From a virus: a stretch of DNA of 64,000 nt. Position numbers and translations under genes: made by a program. The notes under the pieces were generated by a model. It was not told where the DNA came from, searched no databases, and was given only the letters and a program-made list of their open reading frames with translations. The first letter of the stretch is position 1, and each line of letters begins with the position of its first letter. The stretch is from IMG/VR virus record IMGVR_UViG_3300021365_000014, positions 2,379 through 66,378 of that record; one strand, given 5' to 3'. This document shows, piece by piece, positions 26,831 to 38,800 of this stretch.

Positions 26831-29800
26831 TTATTCAGGTGCGTTTGTAGGCTCGTTAGCAATGAATTTAGCCTGTTGTGTGCCGGAAGCCTGTAATCCT
26901 TTACCATCTGCTGGATTACCATCTAGTGCCGTGTACCATACCTGTCCTTTCTTGTGTAATACTTTTATCTGTGTGCCTGAAGCAGGTGCAGAGCTCAATG
27001 TCACTGCTGTTGTGCTTCCGTCCACAGAATAGTTGATAGTCGATCCATCCTCGCTAGTGAGCAACAATCGTTGGCCACCAATGAATATGTCTAACTCACT
27101 AGCGGATGATGGTGCTTGTGATAGTGCGAATGTTAGTGTGCTACCGTCACCTGTGAAGGTGTTGGTGTACACAGTGTCCGCATAAGGGATGGTTTGAGTA
27201 CCAGACGCATCTACCACTTCCGTGCCTGATCCATGCTCCTTAATTCCTGTTCCCAGGGTACCACGTCTAAGTTGTCCCAACGTGTTACCTGTTTTTGTAA
27301 AGTATTCTATTCTCTCTTTGTCTATGAACACAACGCCTGGGGTGTTGCTGGCAATATTTGGTGTAAGCAATACACTACCATCTTCCACAGTAAATGTCTG
27401 TGTGCTTTCTGTCATGTCCAGTACCAATTTTGTTGTTGCTGTTTTGGATATACGTTTGTAGAACGTCCTGTTCAACATGTCTTTGAATATCCTAAAGCCT
27501 GTGGCACTTACTGCAGAGTCTAGTGCAAAATACAACACGTCTAATCTGTCTGTGGCAACTATTGTTCTACCAAGTACCGTTATAGTATTTCTGTTTAACG
27601 TGTAGTCATATCCTTGAACAAGTTGTTCGCCATTGAGCCACACAAACGTATAAGCCTCGTTAAGAGGTTCGAATCTTAAATTAAATTTACCTGCTACTGT
27701 GTAAGGGTATGCCGCAGAACTAGACACTGTCCCAGCCAACACTTCACGTCTTTGTTTTGAACCAAGAGCGTTGTTAATTGTTGTTACAGAAAGCACATCA
27801 TTGACCGAAATAGGATTTCCATCTGCAGACAGTTGAACTGGATTTAAAATTATGTCAGTGCCTTCGTTGTAGTATTGATAGTCCACCAATGTTGTTATTG
27901 CAACAAGATCATTGGCACTAGGAGCATTTGTAAACACTATTCTGTCAGGACTTCCTGCGATATCAGTTGTGAGCGATGATGAGTCTGAACTACTTGTTGT
28001 GTCATCTGCTGTAGTAACAGTGCCTGCTAGATCAACAGTGTAGTCTGTGTTCAGATTCTGTTGGACTCCGTTTAAATGCACCTGTATCTGTGCGGCACTT
28101 GTAATATTTTTACTAGGGTCAATTGTTGAATCATCTCCTAGAGGATTTGTCCAAGAAGAATCTTCTCCTATCCCAGTCAAATTAGTGAACAAGAATCTTG
28201 TTGTTGTTCCATCTCCTAAATAGTAACTAACATCAGGTCCACGGAGCATTTTTCCATCTAATTCTATTATGGTTAGACCAGAGAATGGTCCTATTGCTCC
28301 CGGTGGATAAGTCAAAGTATATCTGTTTGTTGAACCGTCATATGTGATTGCCTGATTCCTTACACTTGCAAAACTTCTAGTGCTTGTGGTTGACTTGTTG
28401 AAACCTGCTATCTGTATGTAAGAACTTGCCGCCGGTGCCGAATCGAAAACGACTGTAATGGTATTTGCTCTTGTCGTTGTTGTGTATGCTGTTGTAGGAA
28501 CTCCGTCCACGGTTACGTAGATGTCTGAGGACGTAGAATCTAGATTGAATTCACCTCTTGTAGAAGTCAAGAACGATGTTGTACTTCCATCGCCTGTGAA
28601 AGTGTTTAGTACTCTGTAGTTCTCACCTGATATTGCAAAAACTTTTGTTGATATAATGCTGTTGTTTACAGGTGCTGTGTCAAATGTTATAGTTTTGTTC
28701 GCCACATCTATTGTGTAATCATTAATTGTAGAATCCAATGCACTGCCTTTTTGTATCACGCCGTCAACGGCCACGGTCACTGATCCTAAGGATCCTGGGA
28801 AATTTCCAATGCTGAATGTTGTTGTGCTTCCGTCACCTTTGTAATTTTTCTCACTTATGAAAGGAACTCCTGACTCTGGTGAAGTGTACACCTTTATATC
28901 TAGTGTATCGAACAACTGACCAGGAACAGTTTCTTCAGGTGCGTAACTAGTATCTGGTGAAACAAGAGCATCACCTTCTAGAACAATGTCACTCGGTGCA
29001 TGTCCTAGTGCTGATGTGAAAAGTCCACCTTTGACTATCGAATCTAGTGTCCTGTCATCAGTCGGTGTCAATACTCCGTCATCATCAAAAGGTATGAACT
29101 CTACTAGAGCATTTTCTTCTGGTAGTTCACTTATTGCAAATGTCACTGTTGAACCATCACCTCTGATAACATCAGGGAGTTTTTTCCTTGTGCTATCATC
29201 CTGCGTGATGTACACTTGATAAACTTCTGTTGTGGCAGGTGCAGTGTCAAAAGTAAAGTCATCATTCACTCCGTTTGCTCTGAATGCCTTTATCCTAGAG
29301 TCTCCATAGTTGTCCCATGGGAAATCATACCAACCCGCTTTGTCCCAACCTGCTTCTTGGCTGAATAGTAATCCTGTGACCATCGTTCCACCATAGTCAA
29401 CGCCTGTCATCACTTGATCCAGTTCATTTCCTGGCATTCCTGCTCCTGGCGTGTAGAAACCTTTGGTCCTGTCAGCGGCTGTAAGTCCTGTCTCATCGCC
29501 GTACACCTTGTAAACACTACCGACGTTGTCGTCGAAGTCTGTTGATGATGTGAATGCACTGGTAACTTTATAAAGTTGGTTGTTGTACCTTAACAGGTCA
29601 TTGTAAGCATAGTTTGTGTTGGCCGCCCAATCAACAACTCTAGATGTGCTGGACACCCTGTCGAATTTTATTGTCGTGTCAAAGTCTCTTACCAGGTCGT
29701 TGGCCAAATTAGCATATGCCCTTGCTGTGTCTGACGGCGTTGACCCGTCATCAGCACCACCTGTGATGACAACCATCGGAGTGGCTGTGTAATTTGCCCC

Positions 29801-32800
29801 TTTGCCTGTAAGTGTAATTTTAGTGACCTTACCATCCTGCACTGTTGCCGTTGCCGTGGCCGCGGTTGTGCTTGGAGTCTCATACATTTTGTACGCACCT
29901 GATCTGGTGCTGGTAGGAGTGATAGTTGTGCTTGGACCATAAAACAATCCAGAGAAGCCGTCGAAGCCGTACGTGTTGGTGGTTCCTGCACCTCCGTTTT
30001 GACTGTCCCATACTTTTGCTTGAGTCTCACTGCTGAATAAAGGATAATAGTACCCGTAACTGCCAGACGTCGACCCTCTATTGCTGGTTGCTTGTATCTG
30101 GAATGGACCTGTTGATGCCACAGTACCACCAACTATGTTTACTGTAGGTGCCTTGGTGTATCCAGATCCGCCATTGATAATTGTTATTGATGAAACATAT
30201 TTCTTATGGTAATCGTTCCACATCTGCCAAGGGTATTCAGTCAACTTCGCAGTGTCGAGACTTACATTCAAAGGTCTTATTTTTCCAGTACTTTCGTCAT
30301 AAAAAGTTGGATTGTCAAAGTCTGTGTATATGCCGTCTTGAGTCTCCGTCTTGTCATAGCCTAGTGTGTATTCCCTTAATTTTGTGTGGAAAGGTTTTAC
30401 TTCGTTGATGTAACTTTCTATCCAAGAGTCTGTGCCAGTGGTGTAAGACTTCCGTTGGTCTAATTGTCTTACAGTGTTCTTAGCATTTATGAATGAAGTT
30501 TTAAACATCCAATCCACATACGTCTGTTCTGAAAGCACTTTTCGTAATCCTGTGAAGAACAATGTATTGTATTCTATTGCTAGATCATTGATGAATAAAT
30601 CATCCCTCAGTGCCGTAAGTATTTTCCTAGTTTCCTGGCTTGGTTCCTGGTCAAAGAAGTTGCCATCGAATGTGTCCTCGCCTGCGAAGCCGGATGCATC
30701 TTGGCTGTAGTCGTAAAGTTTAGTGCTCAATCTGATGGTTCCGTTTTCTGTTCCAACGTTTTCCCATCCTGTGGCGGTCTTCATGAACAGTTTCCATCCA
30801 CCTGTGTCTGCACTCGTTACTTTGACGTGTTTGCCTATGGCAAGATCAAGCGTGTTCAGATCGTACTGGTATGTGACCTGTTTGTCAATCTTGGTGTTGT
30901 CATCATGCGCCATGTCACCGTCTGTCTTGTACCAATCCGTGTAACTCCAATATGCACTAGTGTTATAAGTCTGTACTTTTGTTCTTGTGAATTCTGTACC
31001 GTCCCATTGGTATATCGCCCAAAGGTTGTTTGCTGTCTCGTCTGCTTTGACCAAGTAGTTCACGGTTCCCGAAAGATCTGCTGTGTTGAGGTAAGTCAGT
31101 TCTGCATATGTATCAACTGTTGCGTCCCATTCGCCACTCTGTGCTGTGGGTTCTGGTTCCTTGGAGTCTAAATTTGTTAAATTGACCTGGCCCACCAACT
31201 GATGTTTTTTCAACACACTGTTTGCGTAGTCTATGATCTCTTTTAGTGCATTATACCTATCAACATACCAACTCTGTCTCGGCCTTACTTTGTTACCGTA
31301 TCTCTCGTTTACTGGTAGGTTTAGATCTGGTACCACGTCGCCGGCAGTGTTTTTTCCTATCAGAGAGTCCCACCAACGTGTTTCTATCTGATGACCTGGC
31401 CTGTAGTCGGCATCGCCTTCCCTGACCAATTTCCAAACACTGTGTGAATCACCCTCGAACGTGTTTGCTCTTATATCTATGTTAAGCACTACATCGTCAT
31501 TGGTTAAATTTGAGATGTTATTCAATAGTAATTTGTTGGTGTCTGTGATAGAATAGTATTTGAAGCCAAATCCCCTTGGGTTTGTGATCAAGTTGGCCAC
31601 AAAGGCCACTGTGTTCTTCCTGTGTTGGTGAGCGTGCCTGTCATTCCTTGTATGGTGGCCTGTTGGCAATGTTGTCTTGTCTTTGACCCAGTAGTAGTAA
31701 TAGTTAACAAATGTGTCTAATCTAGAATCATATTTTTGTACTACTGTGTATTGAGAATCATCACCATATAATGCTGTTCCTGATATTGTTGTTGCGGTGC
31801 CCTCAACCCTCCTGTTCCATTCGCTTGGCAGTAATAGAGATTCCACCCATTCATAAATGTCTATGCTGGAACCCGGGAATGTTTGTCCCCAGTGGTTGTG
31901 TTTGTATTCCTGTGTGTCTTGCTCGTACCATAACCATTTTACCGTTGACAGATTCCACCATACTTCGCCTACATGATCGTCGGCCCATGGCGTACTGGTG
32001 TTCGCATTGTCTCCAACGTTGTAAGTCGCCGGATCCCATGCAGTTTTGATGTCTATTTCCCTATCTGCTACACCCAATATTCGACCCTTGACAGGATCAT
32101 ACAGGTCATAGTAGTCTCGTAGTTGTTTTGATTTATTATCGAACTCAAAAACTTTTCCTAATTTATCTGTGTCCATCAGTGCTGTCTCTGTCACTAGATT
32201 CTTCCATGCGTACTCGCCATTGACTGTGAGATCATAGCAAGACACTGTTCCGTCATTAACTATCTTCGTGCTACCGTCTGTTGCTGTGTTACCGTCGTCA
32301 TTAGGTGCCCCAACGAAAACTGAATTGTCAATCATGCAAACGCCTCTGCCAAAGTCATCGTCTGCTGTGACATTGTCTGCCATTAGTCTATCATCCACAA
32401 CAAATTTTGTGTTGTACATGGTTGCCGTGAACGCCCCTCCGGATCCTATGTTGCTGTCCACTATGGTAGTGTCCTGTAGGTCAAATGTTGTCTCGCCTGC
32501 GTCAAATTTTATCTCTCTGTCACTTGCGAAGCGTTCCGCACCTATGACAGCCCTTGTGCCATTGCTGTTCAATGAAAGGCTAGTACCAAACTTCATGTTA
32601 GTGCTTGATTCAGGAGCATTTATAGTTTGCTGTAGCGTGTAAGTGTTTGTGGAATCGTCTGCGTTCCATTTGTAATAATACACGGCACCAGAATCTGGAT
32701 GAACCGTTCCGTCCACACCCGGTGCGCCTATTATAAGTGTGGTGCCGTCTTTGCTCATTGCTATGGATTCGCCAAATGCTGTGTTAATGCTTGAACCATC

Positions 32801-35800
32801 TGATGCCACACCTGTCAGGGTTTGTGCCAGTGCGAATGAATTTTGTGTGCTACCATCATTGCTCTGTGACGTCTTGATGAATATCTCTACCTTGCCCGCG
32901 TTGCCAGGTGCCAGTGAGCTGACAGCCAGTATGTCACCGTTGTCGTTGGCCTGAATCCTGTGTCCGAATCTCTGTCCGGAACCACCCGCTGGTGCCTCTA
33001 TTGTGTAGTCCTGTGTCCATGTGTCATAGGTTGATCCGTCCGCACCCACTCCCCATGTGTACATGTACACCCTACCTTGATCATTGTCATGGCCTGGTGC
33101 TGATACAAATAGATACTTGTCTGTTGTTGTCCTCACTGAACTTGCACCTGGCTCAGAAATTTTATGTGACCATCCAAAGTTAGCATTCTCATTTAACGTA
33201 GAACCATCTGTTGGTGCCCTTACAGTGTCAAGTAAACCATATTTGAATGTGCTTGGATCCCATATGTAAATTTTTACAAGTCCTGAATCAAGGAACCTTG
33301 TGCTACCGTCGGCGCCTACTGCGTTGGTGTATGGTGCGCCAGCAACCACAAAATTCTCATCTGTGCTGATAGACAAAGATTCACCAAGTCTACTGGTGTT
33401 GTCGTCGTTGTCTGTCATCGTTGCTGTTGACTGCGTCTGTAAAGTGGCTCCTGCTTCCGTCGAAGACCTGAACAGGAAATGCACCTCACCTTGTCCTTTA
33501 CCTGGTGCTGATGCTATCACTGTCCTTCCGTCATTACGTGCCACAACCCTGTGGCCGAACTCCTGTTCTGCTGTGCTGGCATCTGGTGATAGTACTATCG
33601 CTGACGTGTATGGATCCTGTTTCTCGTACACACGCCACAGTCCTGAACTGTCCGCGTCCGCGAACACCTTGTCTCCCGGCTGTTCTATGGCGTCATTTTT
33701 GTCTGTGTAGTTCTCGAAATCTATTAAATCATTTACATTGTCCATGGACGCCAACCTAACAGATATGAACTTGTAGATGTTTCCGTAACTGTCTGCCGTT
33801 GATCCGTCCTCCAGTGCGGGGATGAATCCCACGTTGCCGTCGTAATCTATGATCACCGTCTTGTGATCAGGTGTTGCACTGATCTGGTACACACCGTTGA
33901 GTGTTGCTTCCTCGCTGTTGGATATGCCAAAGTAGTCCGCCTGTGTCGTTGTTGAGCCTGCCGTCAAGTTGTGGGAGCCAGTGAACGTGATCTCCAACTG
34001 TGAGGCATCATTTATCAAGTGTAGATCTGCTATCTTTATGCCAGCACTGGTGATCCTGAACACGTCCCAATCATTATTGCTCTTGTTGGCAACCCATATC
34101 AGGTCATGTGTTGTTACAGCGTTCATGTCCAAATTCAGTATCTCGTCGATGTTGAACGCAGTGTGTTGTACCTGTTGCGGTTGAGGATATCCTGCGGTCT
34201 TGAACACCTGTGCTGTGTCCCTGCTGACGCCTTCTTTTGTGTAGTCCAATCTCTTGAATGTGGTCGATGCCGTGTACTCAACCGGCTTGTAGTAGAAGTT
34301 GTCTTTGACTATCCCATCCGATCTTGCATATTCAACCGTGTCATTGGATGTGTCCAACAATTCAATGCTCTGTGGATCTGCTGTGATCTCGTCATCTTTC
34401 AAGACTATCTGTATGTTCTCTATGGAATCTGTGTTACCGAAGTTACCTGTACGTATCATCCATTCCGGATACAGGTCCAGAGTGATGTCCTCTCCCTCGT
34501 ACTTGGCCTTCAATATCTTGTCTATGGCGTTCTGTGTGCCCTTCTCCCTGATGTAGCCTTGGTAGAACTTGTACTGCGACACGTCATTGACGAAAAGGTT
34601 CTCCAGGTAGTCCCTTGATTGGTATCCTGTGAGCCTCTGTGCCAACTGCTGTTGCGATTCGTCGAAGTTGTTGGTCTCTAAATCATAGAAGTCGTTGAAC
34701 TGTGCTATCTTGTACTCGAAGTTGGGTATCAACTGTGGTGCTGGTTTCTCATCTTTGAGTGTCCAGTTGGTTTTTTCGAAAGTAGCACCCGAGTTGTGAT
34801 TGGTCTTTGCCACGTAGAACTTGCCTTGGTACTCCACGCTGTCGCCGATCCTGTAGTCTGTGTTGGCCGTCCAGTATGTGACCTGTGCGGCGTCAAACAC
34901 GAAGCCAGGTGCGTAGTAGTCTCCATTCCACCCTCCTGTCTTCCAACCCACCAGTTTCAATCTCTGTTGTCTGAATCCTGTGAATGGATCATAAATGATG
35001 TCTGCGAACACTGTGCTGTTGTCAAACAACAAAACGTGTTCCTTCTGTACGGTATTAAGTGCTATGTTGTACAGTCCAACGGTGTCGGATTTGATCCCTA
35101 GTTCAAAAGTCTTACCTATTCTTTTGGTAGATATCTCACTGACATCTATCTTCCTACCGCCGGAGTCTAGTAGTGAATAGTCTCCTGCCAGGTTTCTCAG
35201 TTTCCCCACAATGCTGTTGTTGGTGTCTAGTTCGAAACCATCCGCGGCCGGAGAAACGGTTATTGCTGATCCTGGTGACCACTCCTGTGTGGTCCAAAAT
35301 AAAAATTCTCGTACAGCATTTGACCAGTTTAGTGTTTCTTTTATTTCGTTCGAGAACTTGTTGAATCGGAATCCTTGTGATTCAAGCCATTGTCCATAGC
35401 CAAACAAGAAATCAGCAACATCCTGTATAGTGTCAAACACGTGACCATATGGGATGGTGTGTGTGATACTTTGGTATGCGGTGTACTGCTCTACTACCGC
35501 TGATCCCTCGACAGACACTGCTGTTGCTGTCGTGGTCTTGACCGGATAGTTGAAATTGAAATATGGTTTGGTAGTGCTGTAACCCAACACCTTGTATCCT
35601 CCCAGTATAGTGGAACCATCCTGACTGATATCTGTGTTCTTCTCTATCAGCACACCAGAATATTGGAAACTCTCTACAGGATTTGATGTCCTGAAAAGTA
35701 TCTTGTAGTTTTCATCCGGGATGAATTTTGATCCTGACTTAGATCCTGGTGACACACTATCTGTTAAGATTTTTATGTTGTCTTTGTCGGTGAATCCGCC

Positions 35801-38800
35801 CAACTTGTAGGATAGTTGTACAGATAAGTTCTTCATCTTATCATAATAGAAAGTTTTACTGTCTATGTTCCTCGATATCATGTAATTGACCACAAAGGGT
35901 TGGTATCCTGCCGTCTGGTATCTTGTCGTTACACCTGTTGCTGTATTTGTTTCCGTTTCTAGATGATATTTCGCTGTTGCTAGTGTGTTCCTAATACCAG
36001 TATCTGTGTTGATCTGGTTACCTGCAACGTTCGTCGTCAATCTAGATGGATCAAAAAGATTAGAGAAGAACTTAGCAGGTTTAGTCAGTGCCAATGCTTT
36101 AATGACCGTGAATGGGTAAGCACTGGATCTCCTCCATGCCGTCTCCGCTGGTGCTTGATCGCCAAACTTCCATGCGTTCTGTCTTCCTGGTATATCAAAG
36201 TTGTCAACTAGTCCCGCCGCCAGTGGATCTAAAAGATTACCTGATGCGTCAACAGGTAGGTAGTCCCTGATCGAAGGTTTCCCGTATCTGCCTGTCTGTG
36301 TTGCAACAGCGTTCCATAATACATCATTACCTGATGTGTATGGAGCGGTTCCGTAGGTCGCGTCCCACGTGCTAGGCTTCTCTGAATGGCCCAGCATCTC
36401 CCATGGCCTAACATGTGGAGCATCTGTGTCGTAGAAATATTTGTATATGCCTCTCCAGTGTCCTGGTAGGTTCTCATCAATCAGTCTGCCTTTTGATCTA
36501 GCATAATTGTACGTGAAAGGTGATCCCTCCGTGAACGCAGTGTTGTTGATGTACTGCACATTGTTACGGCCTGCCCACTGATAGAAGTCTGGTCCCATCA
36601 CCCCGTCCACTTCTTGTAGTGTGTACTCCGTTGATGTGAAAGCACTTGGCAACACATCGTGTATGTCTACCAAAGTGGCATCATAGGTTACTTTGATGTT
36701 GTTGTAGATCCTTTTTTCTAACTCTAATATTAAATCATCACGTTCATCTCCATACGCCTTGATTATGGAACCGTCGTGCTTACGGATCACTGCCGTGTCT
36801 GTGAGATACGTGGTATCTGTGAATGTCTCCGGTGTGAACTTGGCATACATTCCCAGTTTAGTCGGCGACGGTGGCATGTAACTGCCTGTGGTGTCTGTGT
36901 AATCTTTGATAACAATCTTGTCACCTTCGGCTAGGGCCTTGCTAATGCTGACACTGTCGTCTGTTGTGCTGAAAGTGTAATCTGTGCCCAACAACAACTG
37001 CACATCATTCAAGTAAACATAGACTGCCCTATTGCTCAAAGTCGTTATGTCGTGTTGTGAGTCCAGTGCATAGTCTGTCTGTGATGATCCCATCACTGTG
37101 TATGATCTGGTTGAAACGTTTTCTCCCCAACCTACCATGTCTTCGTAGTAGAACGGGAAACCACTATTTCTACCTGGTGTTATGGCCGCGATTATCTCGT
37201 CAACCCTGTCAGCGGCAACTCCCTCGTATGCCGTACCTGTTGTATGTGTTAAGAATGCGTTGTACCATTTCTCGTATTCCTGGCTGACATAATCTATTGA
37301 CGAAATCATGTTGGAATTCTGATCCGCCAAACCAAATATGGCCGGAAGCAATGGTCCTTCGTGTTGGTGTATGCTACCGCCTTTCAATCTCGCATCTGGC
37401 TTGTCTCGTAGATTTGAAAGTCCTGGTATCGCTCCTGTAACATCTTGATTCTTGTCAAGTATGTCTCTGACATGGGCCAGTATCTGACCAAATGTAAATG
37501 TGCCCAACTGTTGGTTGAGACCGTTTGTCGCTAAATTTTCCGGGATCTCGTATATGCCCTTGTCAGCGATCTTTTCAGCACTACTATGTCCTGCAATCCG
37601 GATCTGATCATCGACTTCCAGGGCGTTATTAAATTTTACGTATTTGTTTTTTGTTCCTGTTTCTAGTGTGTAATCGGTGGTCAGTGTCTTACGCGAACCA
37701 TTGACCGATACCGATAATTCAAGATCTGTTAGGTCCGCTGAATTCTTGTAGAAGTCAACGGGGAACAACTGCTTCTCAGTTGCGTCGACTATGAAAGTCC
37801 TGATCACCCGCTGTTTGCTTTCCGTCGTCCTTTTGATCCAGGCACCCCTTGAATTGTGCGTTGACCTGCCTGTCGTGTAGTGCAAGTGACCCTCGGCCAA
37901 GTTCTTTGTGATTGTGGACGTTCCGCTCTTGTAAGTGAAGGTTCCTGATGTGTGATCTGAATCGAATACGATGTCTCCCACGTTGTTGATGGTGTTGTAT
38001 TTTACCTTGATACCAAGCACCGTGTCAGTGGTTGCCGTGTCAGACGTTGCGAAAGCAAAAACCTTTGCTCCAGCGAAAGTTGAATTGGGATATGTCGTAG
38101 CATCATCGAACGAGATGTGATTGTTATCCCACATACCGAACAACGGCTGTTGGTTGACGCCTGTTTTCTGTTGTGCTTCTTCAAAAGTTTCAGTAGTATC
38201 GTCGTAGTAAAAAGTTTTTCCCTGGTTTGTTGTTCCAAACTCTATGAAAATAGAATCATTGCTGGTTGGCGTGGCATCAGATGCCTCTGTTAAGTTTATG
38301 ACCTGTGTAGAATCTCCCGCTGTGACGAAATTCACATCATAAATCTTGTTCTTTACTATGGGATCCGTGTCCGCCGCGAACACTACCCTCATTCCGTTAG
38401 CAAGTGCTAGTCCGTCAATGATGTAACCAGTCTGCTTGACAACATCACTGAAGGCGTCTGTGGTCACTGTGTCATAAAGTGTCACTGATTTTTTAGCAAC
38501 AGTTCCATGATTGTAAAGTTCTAATCCAGAGTCAAATTCTATGATGGGTCTTTTTGCCCTGTCGTCCTCATTAAGCACAGGAGTGTGCCCACCTATCCTT
38601 GCAGTTTCCTCAATAACTGCTCTATGGAACCATCTGTTGTATCTAGACCATGCATTTTGATCCTGAGAATCCCTCTTGATTGTGATGTAGTCTTTGTTGT
38701 CTGGAGTGTAGTACGCTTTCGCATATGGTCGTGAATCGTATCCTACTTGGTCATAGAGTATAGTTGATTCTGTAGCGTAACTGCCAGGTGTAATCAAGTC

